The notes beneath the pieces were generated by a model. That model was not told the DNA's origin, ran no database searches, and was given only the letters and a program-made list of their open reading frames with translations. Positions 1 to 20,275 of a DNA stretch of 64,000 nt are shown one piece after another. Source of the DNA: Macrostomum lignano (Eukaryota); assembly GCA_002269645.1 (NCBI GenBank), contig NIVC01000023.1, positions 558,001-622,000 on the forward strand. The letters run 5' to 3'. Position 1 is the stretch's first letter; each line of letters begins with the position of its first letter. The position numbers and the translations under genes are program-made.

Positions 1-176
1 TCATGTTTCTCATGCTCTATCGAGACTTTCTCTCATGTTTCTCATGCTCTATCGAGACTTGCTCTCATATTTCTCATGCTCTATCAAGACTTTCTCTCAT
101 GTTTCTCATGCTCTATCGAGACTTTCTCTCATGTTTCTCATACTCTATCGAGACTTTCTCTCATGTTTCTCATGCT
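1..176. repeat. 32-bp tandem repeat (TTTCTCTCATGTTTCTCATGCTCTATCGAGAC) in innexin intron
   Basis: About 5 near-identical units read directly; the array runs off the left edge. Confidence 0.9.
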
Positions 177-221
177 AATATTTTTGAAAGAAACGCGCAA
201 AAACTTATAAGAACTCCTCAC

Positions 222-531
222 TGATCCGCCTGGACTCGAACAGCTTCCACCCAGCTTCCTTTACTGGCAGTTCCTCGTGCTCGCCAATCGCGTAAGTCCC
301 GGTGACCCAGCAGAAGTTCTCAACGTACTCAATAGTTTTTCCGGCATTAGTTTTGGGACAGTTGCAGCTGAGGGCTTGCATGACGTACTGCTTAGCGGAG
401 ATGACCAGCGCGCACAGGATCAGCAGTAGGGTGCTGAACAGCGAATTAAACTTGTCGGCGAAATCTTCAACGCTTACGTAATTCGAAATCTGCCATTTCT
501 GCACAAAATCGACAAAATCTAAGCCTAGCAT
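222..531 (-). CDS. inx: Innexin (pannexin-family gap-junction protein), first coding exon; gene continues beyond left edge of window
   Basis: MLGLDFVDFVQKWQ..SVEDFADKFNSLFSTLLLILCALVISAKQYV..ALSCNCP..EYVENFCWVTGTY matches the innexin N-terminus/TM1/EL1 pattern (DDxxDRLN, KQYV, two Cys, ENYCWVxGTY). In-frame TAA lies upstream of the ATG at 531. The exon ends at a phase-1 A|GTGAG donor (221), just before the position where the YYQWV motif is expected. Confidence 0.93.
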
Positions 532-895
532 TGTGGTTGGAGATAATAGAATTGGAGTTTATTATTAAAGGGTTGAATTCTCTAAGCTGCAAAGCTTTCT
601 ATCCTTGGTATCGAATTTATATACTTGTAGGCTGTGCCCTACAATGCGCAGTTCGGTAGCGAGCTGACAGAGTGCAGGCTTTGGGAGTCTGCCTTTTTCT
701 TGCCTCCATAGCTAGAATCTGGTCTTTTCTCTCTTAAAACTCTGCTACATTGCAAGCGACTAAGTTTGCCGACTATGCGCAAGATGGGTTAGCTATAGCT
801 GCTGTTGAGGCTGGGCCCGAAGACGGGGCCACGAGACTTGAAGTGATGAAGATTATTCGGGACTTATCCGGTAATTAGATAATTAATCATGGAGT

Positions 896-1860
896 GGGAG
901 TGACGAACACTGATAAGCATGATTAGTTAATTAGGGAGTGATAAGGGAGTGACGAACACTGATAAGGATGATTAGTTAACTGGGGAGTGATAAGGGAGTG
1001 ACGAACACTGATAAGGATGATTTAGTTAACTGGGGAGTGATAAGGGAGTGACGAACACTGATAAGGATGATTTAGTTAACTGGGAAGTGATAAGGGAGTG
1101 ACGAACACTGATAAGGATGATTAGTTAATTAGGGAGTGATAAGGGAGTGACGAACACTGATAAGGATGATTTAGTTAACTGGGGAGTGATAAGGGAGTGA
1201 CGAACACTGATAAGGATGATTAGTTAATTAGGGAGTGATAAGGGAGTGACGAACACTGATAAGGATGATTTAGTTAACTGGGGAGTGATAAGGGAGTGAC
1301 GAACACTGATAAGGATAATTTAGTTAACTGGGGAGTGATAAGGGAGTGACGAACACTGATAAGGATGATTAGTTAACTGGGGAGTGATAAGGGAGTGACG
1401 AACACTGATAAGGATGATTTAGTTAACTGGGGAGTGATAAGGGAGTGACGAACACTGATAAGGATGATTTAGTTAACTGGGGAGTGATAAGGGAGTGACG
1501 AACACTGATAAGGATGATTAGTTAACTGGGGAGTGATAAGGGAGTGACGAACACTGATAAGGATGATTAGTTAATTAGGGAGTGATAAGGGAGTGACGAA
1601 CACTGATAAGGATGATTTAGTTAACTGGGGAGTGATAAGGGAGTGACGAACACTGATAAGGATGATTAGTTAACTGGGGAGTGATAAGTGAGTGACGAAC
1701 ACTGATAAGGATGATTTAGTTAACTAGGGAGTGATAAGGGAGTGACGAACACTGATAAGGATAATTTAGTTAACTGGGGAGTGATAAGGGAGTGACGAAC
1801 ACTGATAAGGATGATTTAGTTAACTGGGGAGTGATAGGGGAGTGACAAACACTGATAAGG
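896..1860. repeat. 49-50-bp minisatellite (GGGAGTGACGAACACTGATAAGGATGAT(T)TAGTTAACTGGGGAGTGATAA)
   Basis: Roughly 19-20 head-to-tail units with two recurring variants and no unique spacers. Confidence 0.92.
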
Positions 1861-2449
1861 ATGATTATTTGACTAAGGACTGTAAGTGACCAAGGCTAAT
1901 AGATAAAAAGTCATTGTCTTCCAATTTAGAAATGAGCTAAAACTATATATTTATGGAATGGTTTGCTGATTAATACACTGTAGATAATAGTAACATAGCC
2001 TATTCGATTAGACCTTAGGTGCGGCGCAAGCTGATCAGCTGATAGAGGCTGACATGAAAAATAGTGACTATAGAAAAGTATTAATCGTATTTAGCTATCG
2101 TTCGTAGCTAGCTGCTAAGGTAAGAGAAAAGTATTGACTAAGACAGCAGCAGCAGCAATAGTGCAGTAGGGAATTTTCTTTGCCAACTCACTTCCCAGGA
2201 TCAATTTTACATCCTGCATGGCTACGGTTTCTTTCCTGCTGTCCAGAACGCCATTAGTCTCAATCTCAATGCTTCTCCGAGTTTTCCCTCGCTTGCTTCA
2301 CAGCCCATCCCGTTCAAGCACAGAGCTTCACCTATGATGTATTCGCTTTTTCTGCCATACTTTTGCCAAGTTATAGAAGTCGATAAAACACTCGTAATTG
2401 ATACAGAGATTGCTATTACTTAGTTGGCTAGTTATTTACTTAGATAGTT

Positions 2450-2749
<300 letters not shown>

Positions 2750-3324
2750 CCCCAAATTAATGTGATCCGGGTACTGTGGCACCCGTGCTACAGCAGCACG
2801 AGTGTTAATCGCTAAGCTGCTACTCTGCATCCCTTCGATTGGTCAGCCAAATTGCTGAGCTCAGATTGGATGGGAAGAAACATATATGAGTGGACTTTGC
2901 AAATCTGCCACCCCCCTGTTCACTTGTTACCGAATATAGCTACACCTGTAGTTGCTAATCAAATAAACACAAACAATGGCCTGGGTGAAGTGCTGCTGCG
3001 AGACAAAATTTCAAATCTTCATCGCTATAATTACCTGCATAGCCATGGCCATAACAATATTTATAATTCTGGCTATGGGCGACGTGTTCAAATCCTGGTG
3101 GTAGCTGCCGGATGTGAAAGCACTGTAAGCTATGGAAGACTCTCCGCACTGCATTTTCTCAATGCCAATTTCTGAATGCATGCTTGCATGTATACATTGC
3201 TATGACAAACTGCTAGACAAACTGCTTGAAGTTCGTATATACGAGTAGATCCTGTCAGATTATCTAGCTATATAGACTATCGATCGTTTATCTTTATAAG
3301 CATTATAATTAAGAGCACCAACTG

Positions 3325-5285
3325 ACTATGGTTGGGGGGTTGGGGCTCAAACTGACTGGGGTTGGGGGGTTGGGGCACTAACTGACTGGGGTTGGGGGTT
3401 GGGGCACTAACTGACTGGGGTTGGGGGGTTGTTGGGGCACTAACTGACTGGGGTTGGGGGGTTGGGGCACTAACTGACTGGGGTTGGGGCACTAACTGAC
3501 TGGGGTTGGGGCACTAACTGACTGGGGTTGGGGCACTAACTGACTGGGGTTGGGGGGTTGTTGGGGCACTAACTGACTGGGGTTGGGGGGTTGGGGCACT
3601 AACTGACTGGGGTTAGGGGTTGGGGCACTAACTGACTGGAGTTGGGGGTTAGGGCACTAACTGACTGGAGTTGGGGGTTGGGGCACTAACTGACTGGGGT
3701 TGGGGCTCAAACTGACTGGGGTTAGGGGTTGGGGCACTAACTGACTGGAGTTGGGGGTTAGGGCACTAACTGACTGGAGTTGGGGGTTGGGGCACTAACT
3801 GACTGGGGTTGGGGCACTAACTGACTGGGGTTAGGGCACTAACTGACTGGAGTTGGGGGTTGGGGCACTAACTGACTGGGGTTGGGGGTTGGGGCACTAA
3901 CTGACTGGAGTTGGGGCACTAACTGACTGGGGTTGGGGGTTAGGGCACTAACTGACTGGGGTTGGGGCACTAACTGACTGGGGTTGGGGCACTAACTGAC
4001 TGGGGTTAGGGCACTAACTGACTGGAGTTGGGGGTTGGGGCACTAACTGACTGGGGTTGGGGCACTAACTGACTGGGGTTGGGGCACTAACTGACTGGGG
4101 TTAGGGCACTAACTGACTGGAGTTGGGGGTTGGGGCACTAACTGACTGGGGTTGGGGGTTGGGGCTCAAACTGACTGGAGTTGGGGGTTGGGGCACTAAC
4201 TGACTGGGGTTGGGGCACTAACTGACTGGGGTTGGGGCACTAACTGACTGGGGTTAGGGCACTAACTGACTGGAGTTGGGGTTGGGGCACTAACTGACTG
4301 GGGTTGGGGCACTAACTGACTGGAGTTGGGGGTTGGGGCACTAACTGACTGGAGTTGGGGGTTGGGGCACTAACTGACTGGGGATGGGGCTCAAACTGAC
4401 TAAGGTTGTGGCACTAACTGACTGGGGTTGAGGGGTTGGGGCACTAACTGACTGGAGTTGGGGGTTGTGGCACTAACTGACTGGGGTTGAGGGGTTGGGG
4501 CACTAACTGACTGGAGTTGGGGGTTGGGGCACTAACTGACTGGAGTTGAGGGGTTGGGGCACTAACTGACTGGAGTTGGGGGTTAGGGCACTAACTGACT
4601 GGAGTTGGGGGTTGGGGCACTAACTGACTGGGGTTGAGGGGTTGGGGCACTAACTGACTGGAGTTGGGGGTTAGGGCACTAACTGACTGGAGTTGGGGGT
4701 TGGGGCACTAACTGACTGGGGTTGGGGCACTAACTGACTGGAGTTGGGGGTTGGGGCACTAACTGACTGGAGTTGGGGCACTAACTGACTGGGGTTGGGG
4801 GTTAGGGCACTAACTGACTGGAGTTGGGGGTTGGGGCACTAACTGACTGGGGTTGGGGCACTAACTGACTGGGGTTGGGGCACTAACTGACTGGGGTTAG
4901 GGCACTAACTGACTGGAGTTGGGGGTTGGGGCACTAACTGACTGGGGTTGGGGCACTAACTGACTGGAGTTGGGGGTTAGGGCACTAACTGACTGGAGTT
5001 GGGGGTTGGGGCACTAACTGACTGGGGTTGGGGCACTAACTGACTGGGGTTGGGGCTCAAACTGACTAAGGTTGTGGCACTAACTGACTGGGGTTGAGGG
5101 GTTGGGTAATAAACTGACTGGGGTTGAGGGGTTGGGGCTCAAACTGACTAAGGTTGTGGCACTAACTGACTGGGGTTGAGGGGTTGGGGAATAAACTGAC
5201 TGGGGTTGGGGGAGGGGTTGAGACACAAACTGACTGGGTTGGGGGGGGGGTTGAGACACAAACTGACTGGGGTTATGGTTGGGAC
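3325..5285. repeat. G-rich 22-29-bp minisatellite (GGGGCACTAACTGACTGGGGTT[GGGGGTT/AGGGGTT])
   Basis: About 2 kb of units with constant core CACTAACTGACT and variable G-runs. Confidence 0.95.
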
Positions 5286-5510
5286 ACAAACGGATCTTGC
5301 GAATGTTTTCCATGGAACTGTAGCAGCATTTTTAATACGCACCAATCTGCACAAAGTATTTTTCTAAGCACATATTTTGCAAACATTGTTTTTCCAAATG
5401 CAAGACCAACAAAATAAACTGCGCAAAAAGTTTGAATTTTAAGGTTATAATTTTTTCAAGAACACAAAATTTTCAACTATTTGTGAAGTAATTTTTTTCG
5501 CTAAACATCG

Positions 5511-5787
<277 letters not shown>

Positions 5788-6294
5788 CTACCCCACCCCA
5801 TCGGAATGCAAATCACATTAATTAGACCCTCTGGAGAATAAGGCACCGCCGCGGGGGTGGACGACGCAGAGATTGCGGAGGCTGCAGGGAGGGTGGGGCT
5901 TCGCGATGAAGAATGGGTGAGAAGAAGGGGATAGATAGGTACAGAACTCGCTGATTTAATGAGTCTGAGCTCCCCTTGCTTAGCCCGTGACAAGCTGCGA
6001 AAATAGAGCTGACGGGTGCTAATAGAATCAGCGAAAACTTCGCAAACGGGTTTGCACAGTTTTTTTTTGGGAGCGAGCGCTGCCTGATTGTCTTCCGCCC
6101 AGCGCGCGCCTCGTATAGCATGCACTTTTACTGGACTTTGTGCTGCAGTTTTCTCGTTAGTTCCCTGCATTTGACTAATCGAATTTCGGTGTAGCCAACA
6201 ATGCTTCTACGCCTTTGAAAACAAGTGCAAAGAGTAAAATGTTCGATTTTTAGTGAACACCGGGTCGGTTGGTTATTCTCTTTACAGCTGTAGC

Positions 6295-6480
<186 letters not shown>

Positions 6481-6869
6481 GCCTGCTTTCAATTTGTATT
6501 CAATCTGTTCTTTAGCAGGTTCCAGACAATTTTCAGGACATATTGCAACATTTCTGAATTAAAAAAATGTTACAACAGAGGTTTAAAAGCACTTTGCAGT
6601 CTAGGGACTTTGTACCCGTGCCTGTTCTAAGCTACATCTTGCGGGGCCTGTCAACGGGATGAAAGTGTGAAAAAGATGAAGCTGTGAGACTGGGACACAA
6701 CCGACTGCATCGATATTTTTCTACTCGCCTCTCATTAGAACTAATGGGGTGGCAAAGAGAAACGCATTAGCTGGCGTCACAAACCTATCTGATGAAGCCC
6801 ATAGTTCGAGCTTCTCAACCCAACGCACTTTACTGGAATGTTTCTGAAAAACACTTTTGAAGAGGTTGG

Positions 6870-7308
6870 TGTCCTTCATTCTACAGTTTGTGTCCTTCAT
6901 TCAAAATTTTGTGTCCTTTATTCTGAATTTTGTGTCTTCATTCTACCGTTTGTGTCCTTCATTCTACAGTTTGTGTCCTTCATTCTACAGTTTGTGTCCT
7001 TCATTCTACAGTTTGTGTCCTTCATTCTAAATTTTGTGTCTTCATTCTACCGCTTGTGTCCTTCATCCTACCGTTTGTGTTCTTCATTCTACAGTTTGTG
7101 TCCTTCATTCTACAGTTTGTGTTCTTCATTCTGTAGAGCACCAGGGGCGCCAGCACCAGGGGCGCCAGCACCAGGGGCGCCAGCACCAGGGGCGCCAGCA
7201 CCAGGGGCGCCAGCACCAGGGGCGCCAGCACCAGGGGCGCCAGCACCAGGGGCGCCAGCACCAGGGGCGCCAGCACCAGGGGCGCCAGCACCAGGGGCGC
7301 CAGCACCA
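6870..7308. repeat. Compound minisatellite: 21-bp (TGTGTCCTTCATTCTACAGTT)n to ~7135, then 15-bp (AGCACCAGGGGCGCC)n
   Basis: Two abutting arrays read directly. Confidence 0.93.
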
Positions 7309-7994
7309 GAGACCACGCTATGCTAATAAACTTATTCTCTCGATTCCTACTAAGAGAAAAAAGTTGAAAGTTGCGACATTTCCAGGAAAAAAACAGTTGT
7401 CGTCAGTAACCATCCTGATTGTGAAGCCCGGCCCATCTAAGGGGGAAAATGTTGAGAAATGATTGGTGTTTAGCAGAGAGTTCTCGGGCACAATCAGACA
7501 ATTAATCTATTTTAAAAAACCAAGGAAGTGCGGCAGCTGTCTCTGCAACAGCCAAGCTCAATAAAGTCAATACCGTCATCTCAGTGGGAATATACGAGCG
7601 ACACACGAGCGCAATCCCCTTTGGGTTTTAGTAGTTACGGCGAGCTACGTTTGTTAATTAACTATGGGAATAATTCCCCAGCTCACGATCCTCAGTCCTA
7701 ATGACGAGAGTCGCGAGTCCCAAGCCCCACAATATTCTCCTCCCACAAAAAGCAATTATTCATCTTCCCGAGTCGCACACACAGTTGCTCAAAGTTACTA
7801 AGTGCTGCTCGAGAGCATCCTCATCGATTTTTTGGGCTGGAGCTGGGCAACGGGCTCACTGTGTTTCACTATTAATCGAAATGATTTGTAGGTTCCTTGT
7901 AATTCCGTGCAGCTAAAAAGTGCAACTTACTTTAGGTTATAATAGTTCAGGAATGTAATTTTCTGCAACTAGTTACACCATCATGAGCAGTGCT

Positions 7995-8455
7995 AGTGAG
8001 TTACAGTTCCGTGAACAGCTGTTCTGATGAGTTACAGTACCGTGAACGGCTGTTCTGGTGAGTTACAGTACCGTGAACGGCTGTTCTGGTGAGTTACAGT
8101 ACCGTGAACGGCTGTTCTGGTGAGTTACAGTACCGTGAACGGCTGTTCTGGTGAGTTACAGTACCGTGAACGGCTGTTCTGGTGAGTTACAGTACCGTGA
8201 ACGGCTGTTCTGATGAGTTACAGTACCGTGAACGGCTGTTCTGATGAGTTACAGTACCGTGAACGGCTGTTCTGGTGAGTTACAGTACCGTGAACGGCTG
8301 TTCTGGTGAGTTACAGTACCGTGAACGGCTGTTCTGATGAGTTACAGTACCGTGAACGGCTGTTCTGATGAGTTACAGTACCGTGAACGGCTGTTCTGGT
8401 GAGTTACAGTACCGTGAACAGCTGTTCTGATGAGTTACAGTACCGTGAACAGCTC
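7995..8455. repeat. 31-bp minisatellite (TGAGTTACAGTACCGTGAACGGCTGTTCTGG)
   Basis: About 14 near-identical units. Confidence 0.93.
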
Positions 8456-8679
8456 AGTGAACAGTTTTGATGAATTACATGTACATAAGATGAAATATCA
8501 GTCGTGAGTTTAGTCGCTTAATCGTGAAAAATAACAATAATAATAATAATAATAATTGTCTGTCTGCTCAACAAAACTGCCCTTGCCATACTACTTACTG
8601 TGCTAGTAGATATAATTGTAAGGCTAAACAGTTTTGTAAAGCGCTATAACTCAGTGAAATCTAAGTTCTACTATTTTGG

Positions 8680-9390
8680 CATCCATGAGTTGTCCAAGTA
8701 GTCACTTCGGCGTCCATGAGTTGCTCAGATATCTATTTCGGCTTCCATGATTCAAGTTCTATTTTGGCGTCCAGGAACTGTCCAAGTATCTATTTCTCTC
8801 TATGAGCTCTCCAAGTATCTATTTCGGCGTCCATGAGCTCAGTCCTATTTCGGCGTCTATGAACTGTCAAAGTACCTATTTTGGCGTCCATGAGCTCTCC
8901 AAGCATCTATTTCGGCGTCCATGAGCTCTCCAAGCATCTATTTCGGCGTCCATGAGCTCAGTCCTATTTCGGCGTCTATGAACTGTCAAAGTACCTATTT
9001 TGGCGTCCATGAGCTCTCCAAGCATCTATTTCGGCGTCCATGAGCTCTCCAAGCATCTATTTCGGCGTCCATGAGCTCTCCAAGCATCTATTTCGGCGTC
9101 CATGAGCTCTCCAAGCATCTATTTCGGCGTCCATGAGCTCTCCAAGCATCTATTTCGGCGTCCATGAGCTCTCCAAGCATCTATTTCGGCGTCCATGAGC
9201 TCTCCAAGCATCTATTTCGGCGTCCATGAGCTCTCCAAGCATCTATTTCGGCGTCCATGAGCTCTCCAAGCATCTATTTCGGCTTCCATGAGCTAAGTTC
9301 TATTTCGGCGTACATGAGCTAAGTTCTATTTCGGCGTACATGAGCTAAGTTCTATTTCGGCGTACATGAGCTAAGTTCTATTTCGGGTGA
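8680..9390. repeat. 31-bp minisatellite (CTATTTCGGCGTCCATGAGCTCTCCAAGCAT) with shorter end variants
   Basis: Homogeneous centre, degenerate ends. Confidence 0.9.
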
Positions 9391-10009
9391 GCTGTCCAAG
9401 TCTTAATTTTTGCGTCAAAATCATTTTTGGCGTTTTTTTCAACAACTTTAATGAGCAGAGGTAGTGATGCAATTTTACTGCGTGGCTTCATATCGGATTG
9501 ACACACGAAGGGAGTGCTTATCTTTTCTGAAATCTGGAGCTAGCGCGCCTACAAGTACAATTCTTAGTGCGCAGTTGGCAGTTAAATAGCCGAAATAGCT
9601 CGTACAACGATGAAAAACTTTGACTATCGCTAATGAGAAACTTTGGCTAGCTATGAAAAAATGAGAAGAATTGAAGTTAGGCAGAAAACGCTTGTTTTGG
9701 CAAGTTTAGCCATCATTTTTCTTTTTCTGTAAAAGATGCTCATAGGAAAGAGATAATCTGTATTATTTTCGTAGCTCTTAGACAGGTCAAGACCCCCATT
9801 GTGCGCACGTGCCTCTGCTGGGTGTGTGCTGCCGCAGTTAGTGCGGCCCATGAATTCTCGGGCGAAGAGTCTCGACGACAAGTCTTCAGTCATGGAGTTC
9901 TAAAATTAATTAGCTATCCGGATTGGAAACTGTGCGGCTTGGTGAATTTGGCATTTGCTAGTTACAAATGATTCAAATTGATAGAAAATGCAGCTTCCTA
10001 TAGAAAGTA

Positions 10010-10400
10010 AATGTTTCTAGAAAATTCTAATTCCTAGAAAGTGCAAATTCCTAGAAAATACAGATTCCTAAAAAATGCAGATTCCTAGAAAATGCAGCTG
10101 CCTAAAAAACTCAGTTTCTTAGAAAATTGAGATTCCTAGAAAATGCAGATTCCTAGAAAATGCAGCTGCCTAAAAACTCAGATTCCTAGAAAATTGAGAT
10201 TCCTAGAAAATTGAGATTCCTAGAAAATGCTGATTCCTAGAAAATGCAGCTGCATAAAAACTCAGATTCCTAGAAAATTGAGATTCCTAGAAAATTGAGA
10301 TTCCTAGAAAATGCTGATTACTAGAAAATTCAGCTGCCTAAAAACTCAGATTCCTAGAAAATTGAGATTCCTAGAAAATGAAGATTCCTAGAAAATGCAG
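10010..10400. repeat. 17-bp-based degenerate minisatellite (GATTCCTAGAAAATGCA)
   Basis: Recurrent TTCCTAGAAAAT core. Confidence 0.85.
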
Positions 10401-11261
10401 ATTCTTAAATCAAGGTTAAAAAAAGTTGCAGCCAACAGGGAAGCAATCAGTCGCTCATTCCGATGAATCCTGAGCACCCATACACACGCCCACACAGGGT
10501 GAACAACGGCCCTAGAAAATGGCCGTTGTAAAGTCATTAATCATGACTTTGTAATCGATAGGCATGTGTGGATGTGTCTCTACAAGCTCATGATTATACA
10601 ATATACAGGTCTGATGAAAATTTTCATGCCAAATTAATACTAAAATTTGTTTTTAGAAAAAGAGAAGATTTCCTTTCCAGAAGGCTCATTTAAGCTCTCC
10701 ATGGCTAAGAACATGCAGTTATCTATCTAGCTACTATTTGAGAATTTATAGGCCAAGATCAAAAGCACAATTGGGTGGAAGGGTGGGTTCAACTGCTTCT
10801 TCACCTCTTTGAAAAAACTGGAGAGACTACAGTGACCCACCCAGTTAATTCTGGCAGGTAAACAGGGTGGGGGGCGGTGGACTAATAACACACACAATCA
10901 ACAACCCACTTTGAATTCTGTTAAAGAGAGAAGAGCTTCAGATGAAGAAAAACAGGGCCAGTTTACGTCAACGGTCGCCCAACCCCAACTCCCCGATTCA
11001 TATATTGTTTTCTGCGAGTAGGTGAGGGCATGGTGTAGGAAAACTGATCTGGCTAAGCTAGGCTACCATTTTTGGTGTGTCGGCAGCTGAGGGCCCTACG
11101 GCCCTATCCAAGCTTACTTGCTCGAATGAATGAACGATGAACAATGAATGAGAGACAAAAGACGGCCACTACACCTCAAAACACCGATGGGCCACTTTAG
11201 TGGGCGAGCTGTTGGGCCACGGCGCAGTTGAGTTGTTTCTATTTGTGGCAACAAACTTATC

Positions 11262-11269
11262 TATATAAG
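11262..11269 (+). promoter_or_regulatory. Putative TATA box of the large mucin gene
   Basis: TATATAAG about 120 nt upstream of the ATG at 11386. Confidence 0.55.
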
Positions 11270-11385
11270 CCCGCTAAGGGTTGGACAAAACTTGATTTGA
11301 GATTTTTTAACATCAACATTTTACGTTCGTATATCGCTACCAATTAGTTGAGATCACAAGAATTCACTGTTATTTTGTTCTAACA

Positions 11386-18043
<6,658 letters not shown>

Positions 18044-18979
18044 TAGCAAGTTGGCGTTAAACTACTAAAAACTAAACAAACCAAATCTAGTAAAAACACA
18101 AGCTGTTTTGCTTATTCGTGATTATTTAACGAGCTACACAATATGAAACTGCCAAAGACATTTATCTTTAACATTACTGTCCTTTGTTGCGATCTGTTAT
18201 AACAACTAACAATATAATGATGTAGCTGTATGTATTCGTGTTATTGTATCAATGTATCAATGATAACTTTTTGCTTTATAGATGTTTTGTCTTGCTGTGT
18301 GATCCGACTAAAAGTATTAGAATACTCATTTTACTTAAAAACTTAATATGTTTTCACTGAAAAAAACACATTTTCAACTTCGCATTGAACTAACCAAATT
18401 TGACCTCTGAGAGAGAAATTAATTTGATAATTTTATGTTGGTCTTTTATTTTTGATAAGAAGAAATCATCTTTATGCTTACATCTCGTTTTTATGAAGTA
18501 TTTAATATTCTGTAGAATAGTCTGCGTAGATCGAACATCGAATGCCGTTTTTGCTTTCTAATGGTTAGCTATTAAAAATATAATTAATCAAATCTGACAA
18601 TAAAACGATACTCATTATACACTCGTAGCTACAGGTTACGAAGATGCGACAAGAAAGCAATATGTTTATTTGATTCTTTCTTCCCTCGGTAAATAGATAC
18701 TTTGTCATTTATAAGTACATGTAACTTAAAACTTTCAATATCTACCTTAATTCCTACATTTTTATAGCCCTAATTTGTAAATCATATAGACATTTTTCGC
18801 ACGTGTTCAGCGTAGTTGAATTTCCGACAAAAAAATTATCGCTGAAAAAAAGGCATATTTTGTCTTTTAGAGGGGCGAAAAAGACTAATCTTATTTAAAT
18901 TGTAGTAATATTATTTATATTTCACAGTTTAATGCAATATTAAACCAGTCATACTCATAAAAAAACAGATACAACTTGG

Positions 18980-19728
18980 TATAGCATTTTGCAGCCCATT
19001 TGGGCTTACGCGCATTTAATTTAATCCAAGATACGTTTGCCAATGTAACAGAGCTTTTGTCTATGGTAGCAAGGCTGGCGCAGCGGCATTTAATTTGGTC
19101 GAACAAGCATCCATTTGGTCCAAACACTCGTGAGCCATTGGACAAACTCTTGCCTTCTCTCAACCGTCTGCAGGTTGTTGCGCACCGCTGGAATGTCAGC
19201 GTCTCTACCAACAATTTTCAGTTGCTTTTCCAGAGCTCTGCTGATAGTCGAAATCTGATAACCAACTGGAGCTGTTCCCTCAACTTCTGCTGCACTTCGG
19301 CAACGTCAACAAAGGGTTCGTCTCCACTGCATCGAGTAGCAGTTGGACCTGAGGCTCTCGAGCAACTTTCCTTGGCGATTGCCACCCTTTCGCAGGCAAT
19401 CTCTGCCGGCAGAGTTTCAAGGCGCTGCTGGATGCTGTAAACCACCTTTCTTTTACATTCAGCAACCTTGCAATGTCCTTTGGGTGTTCACCTCCGTCGA
19501 GTGCTTCGATCACAAGCCAATGACATTCGTTCAACAGCCTAGCATATGGTCCACAATTCTGGGATTGAGCTGCAAATGAACTAAATGGACCAAATTGATG
19601 CTTGTTGGACCAAATTAAATGCCGCTGTGCCAGCCTTGCTACCATAGACAAAAGCTCCATTACTTTGACAAACGTATCTTGGATTAAATTAAATGCGCGT
19701 AAGCCCAAATGGGCTGCAAAATGCTATA
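18980..19728 (-). mobile_element. Non-autonomous Tc1/IS630-type DNA transposon (long TIRs, decayed transposase N-terminal HTH inside)
   Basis: ~170-bp TIRs beginning TAGCATTTTGCAGCCC. Internal frameshifted peptides IEALDGGEHPKDIARLLNV, LLDAVETNP and STISRALEKQL..RNNLQTVERRQEFVQW resemble the Tc1-like DNA-binding region. Confidence 0.75.
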
Positions 19729-19733
19729 CTATA

Positions 19734-20162
19734 TATACCTTTTTGCAATCAATTTCGTCGTTTTTGCGTTCAATTTCGGCGCGAGCGCTAGTGTGCAGTC
19801 CAAACAACAGAGCCATAGACACTGGGCAACTTTTGCGTTCAAATTCGGCCTTTTTGCGTCCTATTTCGGCAGCGCAATCACATGGGCCGCACTGTGGGCA
19901 CAGTTCGAATGTTTTTGCCATAGACACTTTCTCACTCGATCGCATTCAGTGAGGGTGGGACGAAAAATTTGTCTCCTAAAGCAGGCCTATAGTCGTCTCC
20001 GCAAGTATGTTTGATGCCGTAAGCTGCCGAAACAGGACGCAAAAAGGCCGAATTTGAACGCAAAAGTTGCCCAGTGTCTATGGCTCAGTTGTTTAGACTG
20101 CACACTAGCGCTCGCGCCGAAATTGAACGCAAAAACGACGAAATTGATTGAAAAAAGGTATA
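19734..20162. mobile_element. MITE with ~140-bp inverted arms and TA-flanked ends
   Basis: TATACCTTTTTTGCAATCAATTTCGTCG.. is mirrored by ..CGACGAAATTGATTGAAAAAAGGTATA. Confidence 0.75.
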
Positions 20163-20275
20163 TTTTAGGGGTACGACAATATGCCCCGAGAAAACAAAAA
20201 TCAGTCCCCAAAAAAAATTCGTCATTGGACTGCAATTTCGCGTGTTAGACCCTTTCTTTTAGTGGATGTGAATTT

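Noticed and set aside
896-1860. Regular ~50-bp repeats suggestive of a CRISPR array (also 8.0, 8.7, 34.4, 36.7 and 37.6 kb arrays)
   Set aside because: Units are contiguous with no unique spacers, there are no cas genes, and the context is eukaryotic.
2187-2225. Upstream minus-strand mini-exon (MQDVKLILG|GTGAG) as an alternative innexin start
   Set aside because: An in-frame TAA lies just upstream of ATG 531 and no acceptor exists between them; at most a UTR exon, unsupported.
7022-7462. Collagen- or elastin-like (GAP)n / APGAP ORFs
   Set aside because: These are translations of a 15-bp minisatellite with no signal peptide or exon boundaries.
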